Assembly: GCA_041651415.1 (NCBI GenBank)
Contig: JBAZJH010000004.1
Coordinates: 1 to 62,266 of the forward strand
DNA: 62,266 nucleotides
Source: Minisyncoccota bacterium
Lineage (GTDB): Bacteria > Patescibacteriota > Minisyncoccia > UBA6257 > XYB1-36-10
Reading direction: 5' to 3'
The position numbers and the translations under genes are program-made. The notes under the pieces were generated by a model. The model was not told the origin of the DNA, did not search any database, and saw only the letters and a list, made by a program, of their open reading frames with translations. Positions 1-9,613 of the stretch are shown here, piece after piece. Every line of letters starts with the position of its first letter. The stretch's first letter is position 1.

Positions 1-813
1 ACTTTTTCGGGAATTTTTTGGCAGGCGCAAATTCATACCGATTTTTTGTCGCCGTTTTTCTTTCGGCAATCATTCTTAAATAAGATAAGAGTGTTTGCCG
101 CGAAATTGATAATTTGGAAAGCGGATAGAATCCGGGTAGTTTCAGAAAGAATAAAAAAATCTCTGGTAGAAATCGGCTTGGAAGGAAAAAAGATAGATGT
201 TTTGCCGATATCAATTAAAGCGGAAGAGATAGAAAATATTCCGATATCTTTTAATTTAAAAGAGAAATATCCGGGGATGGATTTCATAATTTTGATGGTT
301 TCAAGAATAACTCCGGAAAAAAACATCAGATCGGCCGTGGCCGCATTTTTCGAAGCTTTGAAGAAAAGACCAAAAATGAAACTGGTTATAGCGGGAGAGG
401 GTCCGAGTTTGCCGGATTTAAAAAGGGAAACGGAAAAAAGAGGGATTCTTAAAGATGTAGAATTTTTAGGAGAACTGACGCATGAAAAAGCAATTTCTGC
501 CATGAAAACGGCCGACTTATTTTTATCTTCTTCGGTTTATGAGGGTTATGGAATGACGGCAGTTGAGGCGGCGGCGGCCGGGTGTCCGGTTTTAATAACC
601 GATACAGGGATAGCGGGAGAGATAATAAAGGACGGGGAAAGCGGGACGGTGGTTCCGGTCGGTTCAGTTTTGAAGATGGCGGAAGCGATAGAAGTTTTGG
701 CGGGAAATAAAGAGAAAAGAGAAAAAATGGCCGAGAGAGCGAAAGAGTCAGTTAAAAACTTAATGAGTAAAGATGAATATTTGAATAAATTTAAGGAAAT
801 TTTAGAAAAATGA
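1..813 (+). CDS. GT4 family glycosyltransferase, 5' end truncated by the window edge
   Basis: Frame is open from base 1 (TFSGIFWQAQIHTDFLSPFF), so the 46 start in the track is internal. GT4 motifs SRITPEKN and SVYEGYGMTAVEAAAAG. Confidence 0.85.
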   Translation, partial: TFSGIFWQAQIHTDFLSPFFFRQSFLNKIRVFAAKLIIWKADRIRVVSERIKKSLVEIGLEGKKIDVLPISIKAEEIENIPISFNLKEKYPGMDFIILMVSRITPEKNIRSAVAAFFEALKKRPKMKLVIAGEGPSLPDLKRETEKRGILKDVEFLGELTHEKAISAMKTADLFLSSSVYEGYGMTAVEAAAAGCPVLITDTGIAGEIIKDGESGTVVPVGSVLKMAEAIEVLAGNKEKREKMAERAKESVKNLMSKDEYLNKFKEILEK

Positions 814-1928
814 AATTGTTAATAATAACGCAAAAGGTTGATAAAAATGACAGCGTGCTGGGATTTTTTCATGGATGGATAAGGGAGTTCGCGGAAAAAT
901 TCGAAAAGATAACAGTAATTTGTCTTGAAAAAGGAAAAGAAGAATTGCCGGAAAGTGTAAAAGTTTTTTCTTTAGGAAAAGAGGTTGCAAAAAAGACGAC
1001 AGACAGAAAGTTAATAAAGTTTAAAGTTATAAAGCGATTGAGGTATATTTTTAATTTTTATAAATATATTTGGAAAGAAAGAAAAAACTATGAGACGGTA
1101 TTTGTTCATATGAATGAGGAATATGTTCTTTTAGGATGGTGGCTGTGGAAATTATCAGGGAAAAGAATTTTTTTATGGAGAAATCATCCGAAGGGAAGTT
1201 TAGCGACAAGAATAGTAGTTTTTTTGTCGGATAATGTTTTTTACACTTCTCCTTTTTCTTTTACGGCAAGATTTAAAAAAGGAATTTTGATGCCGGTTGG
1301 AATAGATGAGGATAAGTTTAAAGTTGAAAGCAGAAAGTTTAGAAAGCCAGAGGACAGACAAAAAAGTTTTTTTAAAATTTTATATTTAGGAAGGATAGCG
1401 CCGGTGAAAGGAATTGGAACGATTATAGAAGCGGGGAAAATTTTAAAAGAAAAAGGAACAGATTTTAAATTAGATATTATCGGGGAAGCTTTAGAAAAAG
1501 ACAAAAAGTATTATGAAAATTTAAAGTTAAGGGTTGAAGATTCAAAATTAGCCGGAGAAATAAGATTTTTGCCGGAGATTTCCAATTTAGAAGCGTCGGA
1601 GGTTTATGCCAATTATGATGTTTTTATAAATGCCACAAAGACGGGGAGTATGGATAAAACTATTTTTGAGGCGATTTTTGCGGAGTTGCCTGTTATTACT
1701 TCCAATCAGGCATTAAAAAATTTTTTTGGCGAGGAATATGCTCATTTGTTATTATTTAAAGAAGAAGATTCCAGTGATTTGGCTTTAAAAATAGAAAAGG
1801 CGAGGGAATTTTTAAATAGTGAAGGGGCTGGAAGAATGACTAAAGAGTTGAGAAAAAAAGCGGAGAAGGAGCAGAGCCTAAAAGAGCTTGGAAGAAAGCT
1901 ATCGGAGATTTTAAAAAGAGAACAATAA
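810..1928 (+). CDS. GT4 family glycosyltransferase
   Basis: LYLGRIAPVKG and GSMDKTIFEA motifs; ATGA overlap with the upstream gene. Confidence 0.85.
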   Translation: MKLLIITQKVDKNDSVLGFFHGWIREFAEKFEKITVICLEKGKEELPESVKVFSLGKEVAKKTTDRKLIKFKVIKRLRYIFNFYKYIWKERKNYETVFVHMNEEYVLLGWWLWKLSGKRIFLWRNHPKGSLATRIVVFLSDNVFYTSPFSFTARFKKGILMPVGIDEDKFKVESRKFRKPEDRQKSFFKILYLGRIAPVKGIGTIIEAGKILKEKGTDFKLDIIGEALEKDKKYYENLKLRVEDSKLAGEIRFLPEISNLEASEVYANYDVFINATKTGSMDKTIFEAIFAELPVITSNQALKNFFGEEYAHLLLFKEEDSSDLALKIEKAREFLNSEGAGRMTKELRKKAEKEQSLKELGRKLSEILKREQ

Positions 1929-2632
1929 TGCTTAAGCTATCAGTAATTATTCCGATTTATAACGAAGAAAAAACGCTTCGGGAAATAATAAAAAAAGTGG
2001 AAAATGTGAGGTTAATAGAAAATCTTGAGAAGGAGATAGTTTTGGTTGAGGATTTTTCCAAAGACACGACAGGAGAAATATTGAGGGAGTATGAGAAAAG
2101 AGACGGTTTTAAAGTTTTAAGACATAAAGAAAATAAAGGAAAGGGAGCGTCGGTTATAGACGGCTTAAAAATCGCCACGGGAGATTTTGTGATTATCCAA
2201 GACGCTGACTTAGAATATGAGCCGGAAGAATATAATGTGATTCTGCCTAAACTTTTAAGAGGCGAGGCGGACGCGGTTTACGGTTCAAGATTTCTAAAGC
2301 CGGAGTCAATAAAAAAAATGACTTTCAAGCAATATTTCAGCAATAAAATTTTAACCATATTATCCAATTTTCTTACCGGCCTTAAGCTGACGGATATGGA
2401 AACCTGTTATAAGGCATTAACAAGAAAAACGGTTTTGGAAATAAAAGACAAGTTGGTTTCTTCAAGATTCGGGATAGAGCCGGAGATAACAGCAAAGATA
2501 AAAAAATTCAGAGTGGCGGAGGTGCCTATTTCTTACAGAGGAAGGGGATACGGAGAAGGAAAAAAAATCGGGTGGAAAGACGGCATTTCAGCCATATGGC
2601 AGATAATCAAATATAATTTATTTTCAAAATAA
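1928..2632 (+). CDS. GT2 family, polyprenol-phosphate sugar synthase (DPM1/ArnC-like)
   Basis: LSVIIPIYNEE, NKGKG, QDADLEY (DxD), DMETCYK, FGIEPEIT, GKKIGWKDG motifs. Confidence 0.9.
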   Translation: MLKLSVIIPIYNEEKTLREIIKKVENVRLIENLEKEIVLVEDFSKDTTGEILREYEKRDGFKVLRHKENKGKGASVIDGLKIATGDFVIIQDADLEYEPEEYNVILPKLLRGEADAVYGSRFLKPESIKKMTFKQYFSNKILTILSNFLTGLKLTDMETCYKALTRKTVLEIKDKLVSSRFGIEPEITAKIKKFRVAEVPISYRGRGYGEGKKIGWKDGISAIWQIIKYNLFSK

Positions 2633-2635
2633 AAA

Positions 2636-3994
2636 ATGACGATTAAGAAATCTTTTAAATTTCTTTTTTCCGCCAAGCATTTTTATGTTTTTTTATTTTT
2701 GGTTTTTTTAGCAAGCTTTGGATATTCCTTGATTCACAATATAAAACCGGCGGTGGACGCGAGAGCATATGACACAATAGCAAAAAATTTAGTTAATTTT
2801 GGAGAATACAGATTAGGTTCGGAAAATACTTTAATGGAAGACGATTCTATCGTAAAAGTGGGTCCGGGGTATGAATTTTTTCTAGCGGCTGTTTATTCTA
2901 TTTTCGGAGAAAAAACTTGGATAATCTGGTTTCTGCAATCCTTGTTTTATTCTTTGACTATTTTAATCTTGGCGATTTTAATTGAAGCGTTTTTTGGAAA
3001 AGGGGAGAGAGAAGATTGGAAAAAAATATATTTTGTTTTGATTCCGGCAGGATTTTTTATAGATATGATAGAACTAAACGCGATGCTTCTTTCCGAATCT
3101 CTTTTTATCTTTTTAACTTCAGTTTCAGTTTTGATATTCTATTCAAATTTAGAAAAAAAAGATTCAAGAAAAAGCTTTTTTTTAGGGTTTATTTTGGGAA
3201 TTTTGTATCTCGTAAGGCCGGTGGCTTTAATGATTTTGTTCTCTTTTTTGTCAGTTTTGTTTTTTAAAAAAGAATACAAAACAGTTTTAGCGGTTATTTT
3301 TGTTTTTTCGGCTTTACAGGTTCCCTGGATATCAAGAAACTATCAAGTTTACGACAGTATTTTATTGACTCATACGACAGCGGGAGGAGTTGATTTATTA
3401 TCAGGAAATTATCCGGGAAATCACGGAGAATTCAGAAGCGATTTTGATTTATACAGGGAAACAGAGGAAAAAAGTTCCAATCAAATAGCCTTTTATGACA
3501 ATTCTTTAAAATGGTTTTTAGATTTTGCCAAGGAAAATCCGGTTTCTTTATCGTTAGTTTGGACAGAAAAGGGGATTATTTTTTGGTCGCCAACCAAGAC
3601 AGGAGGATTTTGGTTCCACTATTTTAATAGTTTTGAACAAACGTTAACGATTTTGTTTTCAATATTGTCTTATGTTCTTATTTTTGGGACAGCGCTTGTT
3701 TATTCTCTAAAAACAGCCAAAGAAAAAGCAAAAAACACTTTTTCAAAAGCGATGATTTTTTCCATGATTTTCTTATTTTTAGTATCAGTTATAACAATAG
3801 TCAGTAGCCGATATAGAATAACTCTTCTGCCTTTTGCGGTAATTTTGTCAGCGGGATATTGGTTTTCTGAAAAAGGAGAAATAAGTTGGAAGATGCAGCT
3901 AGCGCCACTTCTATTTTTTACAATAGCTGCCAGTTTGGATTTATATTTGCAGATTGATAAGTTTTGGCAAAAAATAGGGACAATAATTTCTTAA
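2636..3994 (+). CDS. Polytopic membrane protein, GT-C fold (PMT/ArnT-like) glycosyltransferase
   Basis: About 11-13 hydrophobic segments, N-terminal loop DARAYD, PGY..F, LLSESLF, LVRP and RYR motifs typical of GT39/PMT_2-like proteins. Confidence 0.65.
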   Translation: MTIKKSFKFLFSAKHFYVFLFLVFLASFGYSLIHNIKPAVDARAYDTIAKNLVNFGEYRLGSENTLMEDDSIVKVGPGYEFFLAAVYSIFGEKTWIIWFLQSLFYSLTILILAILIEAFFGKGEREDWKKIYFVLIPAGFFIDMIELNAMLLSESLFIFLTSVSVLIFYSNLEKKDSRKSFFLGFILGILYLVRPVALMILFSFLSVLFFKKEYKTVLAVIFVFSALQVPWISRNYQVYDSILLTHTTAGGVDLLSGNYPGNHGEFRSDFDLYRETEEKSSNQIAFYDNSLKWFLDFAKENPVSLSLVWTEKGIIFWSPTKTGGFWFHYFNSFEQTLTILFSILSYVLIFGTALVYSLKTAKEKAKNTFSKAMIFSMIFLFLVSVITIVSSRYRITLLPFAVILSAGYWFSEKGEISWKMQLAPLLFFTIAASLDLYLQIDKFWQKIGTIIS

Positions 3995-4001
3995 AAACAA
4001 G

Positions 4002-5099
4002 ATGAATTTTTTATTTAAAGATAAATGGATAAAATGGCTTCTATTTTTTGCCGTTATCAATCTTTTGATTTGTCTTTTTGCGAGATGGCCGATAATACCT
4101 TCCGGAGATTCAATAAGTTATTTTGAAGCAACGAAATTTTTAAGAGGAGAAGAAGTGGAAAAAAGTTTTGATTTTGCGACGATTTATAACAGATTATTAA
4201 CCGCTCCTTTGTTTATTTTTTTAACTTCATTATTCAGTTTTATTTTTGGAATTTACGGAAGCATGTTTTTTATCAATATTATTTTTTATCTAGCGGCAAC
4301 CGTATCTTTTTATCTTTTAGCCAATGAAGTTTTGCAAAATAAAAAGGCAGCTTTTTTAAGTTCTTTTTTCATTTTTTTGAATTACGACATAATAAACTTT
4401 GGAATAGCTCATTTAACCGATATGGCCGGATGGGCGTTTTTTATAGCCGCTTCTTTTTTGGCGGTAAAATATTTTAACCGACAAGAGAAGAAAGACTTTT
4501 GGCTGGCAGTAATTATTTCTTCCATCGGGGTTCTTTTCAAAGAATATGGAGGATTAGGAATGATAAGTTTGGTTTTTTTAATCGGTTTTTCTTTAAAAGG
4601 GAAAAAGGAAAAAATAAAAGAAATGTCGGTTGCTATTTTAACTTTCCTTTCCGTTTTAGCCGCTTATCATTTATTTTTTTATTTTTATTTCGGATACTCG
4701 TATCTCGATTGGTACGGATTCAATTTAAATTATTATCTGGCGAACCCAGCATCAAGAAAAAATTCTTACGATTTTATTTTACTGGTTAAAGTTTTGGGCT
4801 GGCTTTTTTTGGCAGGATGGCCGATTTTCGCTTTCGGTTTGATTAAAATTATAAAAGAAAAGTGGAATAAGGAAGGAATAGTTTTTTTAGCGCTGCTACC
4901 GGCTTCTTTGTTTTTTCTGGCTTGGCCGGTAATGACTCAGAGAATCGCTTTTGTTTTGGTTCCGTGGCTGGCGCTTGTTTCGGGATTTGGACTAGCGAAA
5001 ATAAAAAGCGATTTTACGCTTATTTTCTTCGTGTTTTTTTACGCTCTCTCTAGTTATTTAACCGGATATTTAATGGGAATAGTGAATGTTCCGATATAA
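4002..5099 (+). CDS. Polytopic membrane protein, GT-C fold glycosyltransferase
   Basis: Hydrophobic segments; loop motif GDSISY, then LTDMAGW and GVLFKE. Confidence 0.6.
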   Translation: MNFLFKDKWIKWLLFFAVINLLICLFARWPIIPSGDSISYFEATKFLRGEEVEKSFDFATIYNRLLTAPLFIFLTSLFSFIFGIYGSMFFINIIFYLAATVSFYLLANEVLQNKKAAFLSSFFIFLNYDIINFGIAHLTDMAGWAFFIAASFLAVKYFNRQEKKDFWLAVIISSIGVLFKEYGGLGMISLVFLIGFSLKGKKEKIKEMSVAILTFLSVLAAYHLFFYFYFGYSYLDWYGFNLNYYLANPASRKNSYDFILLVKVLGWLFLAGWPIFAFGLIKIIKEKWNKEGIVFLALLPASLFFLAWPVMTQRIAFVLVPWLALVSGFGLAKIKSDFTLIFFVFFYALSSYLTGYLMGIVNVPI

Positions 5100-5150
5100 G
5101 CAATTTGGAAGGAAAAAGGCGGAAAATTGTATTAAAATAGGGCAGAAAAA

Positions 5151-6293
5151 ATGAAACTGATTTATTTAACTTCCAAATCTTATCCCGGAAGGACAGCGGA
5201 CCATAATTTCGTGAAAAATATGGCAAAAACTTTTTCCCAAAAACTTGGGGAAGATTTTTTATTTGTGGGGGCAAAATTGGATGAAGAAGAATTTCAAGGA
5301 GTAAATAAGTTAAATTTGAGATTAGAAAAAAACAAAGGCAGAGCATTATTTTATTTTTTCTGGCTGCCGTTTTTTTATTTTAAAAGAAGGAATGAAGGCC
5401 TAATTTTTTTCTCCAATGATTCTTATTTGATTTTAATTTTGATTTTTTGGAAAAAGATTTTTCGGTTAAAGTATTTCATCTGTTCCGATTGGCATCAAAT
5501 GTTTTCTGATTTTAGAGATAAACTCATGGCGAGAGGAAGCGATTTTCTCATAACCACATCGGACAGATTAAAAAAACTTCTTATAGAAAAGACGGGAGTT
5601 TCGGGGGAAAAAATAATAACGGCAAGAGGAGGAGCGGACTTGAAAAAATTTCAAATAAATTCAAAATCAGAAATTCCAAGCAAAAGAAAGATGCTGGGAT
5701 TGCCAGAAGATAAGAAGCTAGTCGGATACATAGGGGGATTTAAAACGATGGGAATGGATAAGGGAATCGGAATAATGATAAAGGCGTTAAAATTTTTAAG
5801 GAGTGATTTTGCGATGGTTTTTGTCGGAGGAAAAGAAAAAGAGATAGAAGAATATAAAGAAATAGCAGAAAGAGAAAAAGTATCGGAACGAGTTATTTTT
5901 TTAGAATATCAGAAGGAAGAAAAGATAGCGGAATATGAAGAGGCGATGGATATTCTTGTTATTCCATATCCGGATTCTCTGCATTTTAGAGAGTGGGGAT
6001 TTCCGATGAAGGTCTATGAATATATGGCAAGCGGGACGCCAATAATTTATTCGGATTTGGATTTGATCAACGAGGTTTTAAAAGGGAGGGGGTTGAGCTT
6101 CAAGCCGGAAGATGAAAAAGATTTAGCATCAAAAATAAATTTTTTAACAGAGAACAAAAGCGAAGGAGAAAAGATGACAAAGGAAGCAAAAACTTCGGTT
6201 AAAAATTTTACTTGGGAAAGCCGAGCGGAGAAGATTTTGAAGTTTATAATTGGCAACTCCGACCGAAGTCGGAGCGCTCAAATTTTTAAATAA
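5151..6293 (+). CDS. GT4 family glycosyltransferase
   Basis: YIGG...KG and GFPMKVYEYMASGTPII motifs. Confidence 0.85.
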   Translation: MKLIYLTSKSYPGRTADHNFVKNMAKTFSQKLGEDFLFVGAKLDEEEFQGVNKLNLRLEKNKGRALFYFFWLPFFYFKRRNEGLIFFSNDSYLILILIFWKKIFRLKYFICSDWHQMFSDFRDKLMARGSDFLITTSDRLKKLLIEKTGVSGEKIITARGGADLKKFQINSKSEIPSKRKMLGLPEDKKLVGYIGGFKTMGMDKGIGIMIKALKFLRSDFAMVFVGGKEKEIEEYKEIAEREKVSERVIFLEYQKEEKIAEYEEAMDILVIPYPDSLHFREWGFPMKVYEYMASGTPIIYSDLDLINEVLKGRGLSFKPEDEKDLASKINFLTENKSEGEKMTKEAKTSVKNFTWESRAEKILKFIIGNSDRSRSAQIFK

Positions 6294-6317
6294 ATCAAAA
6301 TTCATAAAAATTTGGCA

Positions 6318-7475
6318 ATGAATATCTATTATATAACCAACGTTAGAATTCCGACGGAAAAAGCGCACGGATACCAGATAGCCAAAATGTGCGAAGAGTT
6401 CGGGAAGCTGGGGAATAAAGTCACCCTTATTTCTTCTTTTAGAAAAAACTATATAAAAGAGAATATCTTTGATTATTATTCGATCGGAAAAACATTTGAA
6501 ATAAAAGAAATCGGCAGTTTAGATTTTATGCCGATGGAAAAAATATTAGGCAGGACAGCTTTTATTTTACACAGATTTTTTTTCTTTTTTAAATTGTTTT
6601 TTATAACTTTTGAAAAGGGAGCGATTATTTACACAAGAGATATGGAGGTGGCTTTTTTGTTTTCAAGGCGCGGATACAAAACAATTTACGAAGCGCATAA
6701 TTTTGGAGAATGGGCATCTTTTTACAGATTTTTATTAAAAAAGGTTTTTTTGATAGTTTCCATAACTTTCGGATTAAAAAGGAAAATGGTTGAAGATGGT
6801 TTTGAAGAGAAAAAAATAGAAATTTTTCCAGATGGAGTCGATTTAAAGAAATTCCAAGAAGCAAGAGATGAGAGCCAAATAATCAAAGACAAGTTCGGAA
6901 TCAAAGAAAAGGAAAAAATTGCGATGTATGCGGGGAGTTTGCAAAAATGGAAAGGAGTGGATGTGCTTATAAAATCAATTTCTAACTTTCAATTTCTAAC
7001 TTCTAAAAAAGAAGAAAGTAAAGTGAAGCTAATGATAGTGGGAGGAGGGGGAGAAAAAAAAGAATTAGAAAAATTAGTCGGGGAGTTAGATTTGAAGAAT
7101 GAGGTGATTTTTGCGGGGTTGGCGGGAAAAAAGGAGATTCCCTCGTATATGATGGCGGCGGATTTGCTAGTTTTGCCGAATTCCGGAAAGGAGGAAATTT
7201 CCAGAACTTTTACGTCGCCCTTAAAAATGTTTGAATATATGGCGTCGGGAAAACCAATAGTGGCGGCGGATTTATCAAGTATAAGAGAGATATTAAATGA
7301 AGAAACGGCATTTTTATTTAAAGCGGATGATGCGGCGGACTTGGCGGATAAAATAAAAAGAGTTTTAGAAAATGAAGAAGAAGCTAAAAAAAGAGCGGAA
7401 AGAGCTTTAAAAGAGGTCGAAAAATATGATTGGAAGAATCGAGCGGAAGCAATTTTAGAAAAAATAAAAAAATGA
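6318..7475 (+). CDS. GT4 family glycosyltransferase
   Basis: NVRIPTEKAHG, YAGSLQKWKG and SPLKMFEYMASGKPIV motifs. ATG at 6318 preferred to TTG at 6312. Confidence 0.85.
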   Translation: MNIYYITNVRIPTEKAHGYQIAKMCEEFGKLGNKVTLISSFRKNYIKENIFDYYSIGKTFEIKEIGSLDFMPMEKILGRTAFILHRFFFFFKLFFITFEKGAIIYTRDMEVAFLFSRRGYKTIYEAHNFGEWASFYRFLLKKVFLIVSITFGLKRKMVEDGFEEKKIEIFPDGVDLKKFQEARDESQIIKDKFGIKEKEKIAMYAGSLQKWKGVDVLIKSISNFQFLTSKKEESKVKLMIVGGGGEKKELEKLVGELDLKNEVIFAGLAGKKEIPSYMMAADLLVLPNSGKEEISRTFTSPLKMFEYMASGKPIVAADLSSIREILNEETAFLFKADDAADLADKIKRVLENEEEAKKRAERALKEVEKYDWKNRAEAILEKIKK

Positions 7476-8707
7476 AGATATTAATTTTATCGGACGGATT
7501 TCCTTTAGAAGAAGAAGGGGGAGCGTCGATTGTCGCTTTTAATATGGCAAAGGGACTGGTCGAAAAAGGAGAGGAGGTTTTGGTTTTTACAACCACTAAA
7601 AATAAAAACTCAGAAGGGGAAAGCATTTATGATGATTTGCGGATTATGAAAGTTTTCAGCAATTACAACGAAAGATGGAGGGCATACATAAGTATTTATA
7701 ATTACCTGGTTTTAAAAAAACTTAAGAAAATTATTGCGGAATTTAAGCCGGATGTCATCCACGCGCATAATATTCATATTGGAATTTCTTACGGAGCTTT
7801 GAAAATAGCAAAGAGAAGCGGGGCAAAAGTTTTTATAACCATGCATGATGTGATGAGTTTCTCTTATGGGAAGCTTAGAACGAAGAGATATTTAAAGACG
7901 GCAGCAGAAGGAAAACCTGATTATAGAGTCAGTTTTTGGGATAATTTAAAAATGGCAAAAAAAAGATTTAATCCCTGGCGAAATTTTCTGATTAGAAAAT
8001 ATTTAAGATATGCTGATAAAATAATAGCAGTAAGCGCGGCTTTAAAAGAAGCTTTAGAACAGAATGGAATAAATAATGTGGCGGTGATAAAAAATGGAAT
8101 AGATTTTAGAAAATTTCAGAATTTAGAAGGCAAAGACGAGGCAAGATTAAAATTTCAAGTTTCGGATAACGAAAAAACGATTTTATTTGGAGGAAGACCA
8201 AGCGCGGCAAAAGGAGTAAAACAGCTTTTTGAAGCTCTAAAATCAATTAAGGATAAATGTTTTAAAGTGATAATTTTCGGAGAAAATGAAAAAAGAAAAG
8301 AGGAAATAAAAGAGGAAGCAAAAAGAAAGGGGATTTTAGAAAAAATTATTTTTTTAGGGAAAGTTCCAAATAAAGAGATAAAAGACATTTATAAAAAAGC
8401 GGATTTATTAGTTGTTCCGTCGGTTTGCTTTGATTCTTTTCCGACGGTTATTTTAGAAGCGATGGCGACAGGAATCCCGGTAATAGCGACGGTTTTCGGC
8501 GGCGCCAAAGAAATGGTTTTAGACGGAAAGACAGGTTTTATTGTGAATCCTTTTAAAACAAAAGAATTAGCGGAAAAAATAGAGGAGGTTCTTCTTGATG
8601 AAGAGAAGGCAAAAAAATTCGGAGAAGAAGGAAAAAAAAGAGCAGAAAAAGAATTTAATTCAGATAATTGGATAGAAGATATTTCAGGAATTTATAGAAG
8701 GTTTTAA
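7472..8707 (+). CDS. GT4 family glycosyltransferase
   Basis: MKILILSD start with ATGA overlap at 7472; HAHN, DSFPTVILEAMATG motifs. Confidence 0.85.
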   Translation: MKILILSDGFPLEEEGGASIVAFNMAKGLVEKGEEVLVFTTTKNKNSEGESIYDDLRIMKVFSNYNERWRAYISIYNYLVLKKLKKIIAEFKPDVIHAHNIHIGISYGALKIAKRSGAKVFITMHDVMSFSYGKLRTKRYLKTAAEGKPDYRVSFWDNLKMAKKRFNPWRNFLIRKYLRYADKIIAVSAALKEALEQNGINNVAVIKNGIDFRKFQNLEGKDEARLKFQVSDNEKTILFGGRPSAAKGVKQLFEALKSIKDKCFKVIIFGENEKRKEEIKEEAKRKGILEKIIFLGKVPNKEIKDIYKKADLLVVPSVCFDSFPTVILEAMATGIPVIATVFGGAKEMVLDGKTGFIVNPFKTKELAEKIEEVLLDEEKAKKFGEEGKKRAEKEFNSDNWIEDISGIYRRF

Positions 8708-9613
8708 AAAAGAAGAAATAACGCTTTTTTGTTCAGATTTATAGATGCTGATTATTTTTTCTTTTTGAATACTTTTTTCTTTTTTTAAAAAGGATGATTT
8801 TAAGCGATAAAGGTTTATAAGATTAAAAATCATTTCAAAAAAACCGGTTTTTTCTTTATTCACCCCTTTTATTAAGGAGATAATATTTTCTTTTTTGAAA
8901 TTATAATAACAAGAGCAATTATTAAAGCTAACTTCCAGAGCTTTAACTAATTGGATTTTTCTAGTCTCCTTATTTCCGGTTATGGAATTATTTTCCAGAC
9001 GATATTTTATAAGAGGTTCGGAGAGATTGGAAACTTTGTATCCCAAGTTAATAAGACGGGAAGTGAGTTCATAATCTTGAGCAAAAGAGAAATTTTCATT
9101 GTAATTTCCGACTTTAGCCAATATTTCTTTTTTAAAAAAGAGGGAGGGGTGAAGAAATGGATTTTTTAAGAGAGAGTGAAATTTTATTTCAAAAAATTCA
9201 ATGGGTTTATTTTTTTTGCCAACAATTTTCCCTTCTTCATTTATCAAAACAGCGGAACTGCCGACAAGAGCAAAATCTTCGTTTTTTTCCATAAAAGAGA
9301 GCTGTTTTTCAAGGCGTTCCGGAAAAGAGAGGTCATCGGCATCCAGGCGGGCAATATACTCGCCAGAGGCCTGTTTTAGGCCAATATTGAGAGATTTAGT
9401 AAGGCCCAGGTTTTTAGGGTTGTTTAAAATAATGATTCTTGGGTCGGAAAAATTCTTTATTATTTCCAGGCTGTTATCAGTGGAAGCGTCATTTACAATT
9501 ATAAATTCAAAATCGGAAAAAGTTTGATTTTGAATGCTTTTAATTGATTCTTCTAGATATTTAGCTCCGTCATAAACGGACATTAAAACGGAAATTTTAG
9601 GGTTTGATTTCAT
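8684..9613 (-). CDS. GT2 family glycosyltransferase
   Basis: KISVLMSVYD, NDASTD, ARLDADD, HPS, AQDYEL motifs. ATG at 9613 overlaps the upstream stop. Confidence 0.85.
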   Translation of the reverse strand: MKSNPKISVLMSVYDGAKYLEESIKSIQNQTFSDFEFIIVNDASTDNSLEIIKNFSDPRIIILNNPKNLGLTKSLNIGLKQASGEYIARLDADDLSFPERLEKQLSFMEKNEDFALVGSSAVLINEEGKIVGKKNKPIEFFEIKFHSLLKNPFLHPSLFFKKEILAKVGNYNENFSFAQDYELTSRLINLGYKVSNLSEPLIKYRLENNSITGNKETRKIQLVKALEVSFNNCSCYYNFKKENIISLIKGVNKEKTGFFEMIFNLINLYRLKSSFLKKEKSIQKEKIISIYKSEQKSVISSFLKPSINS

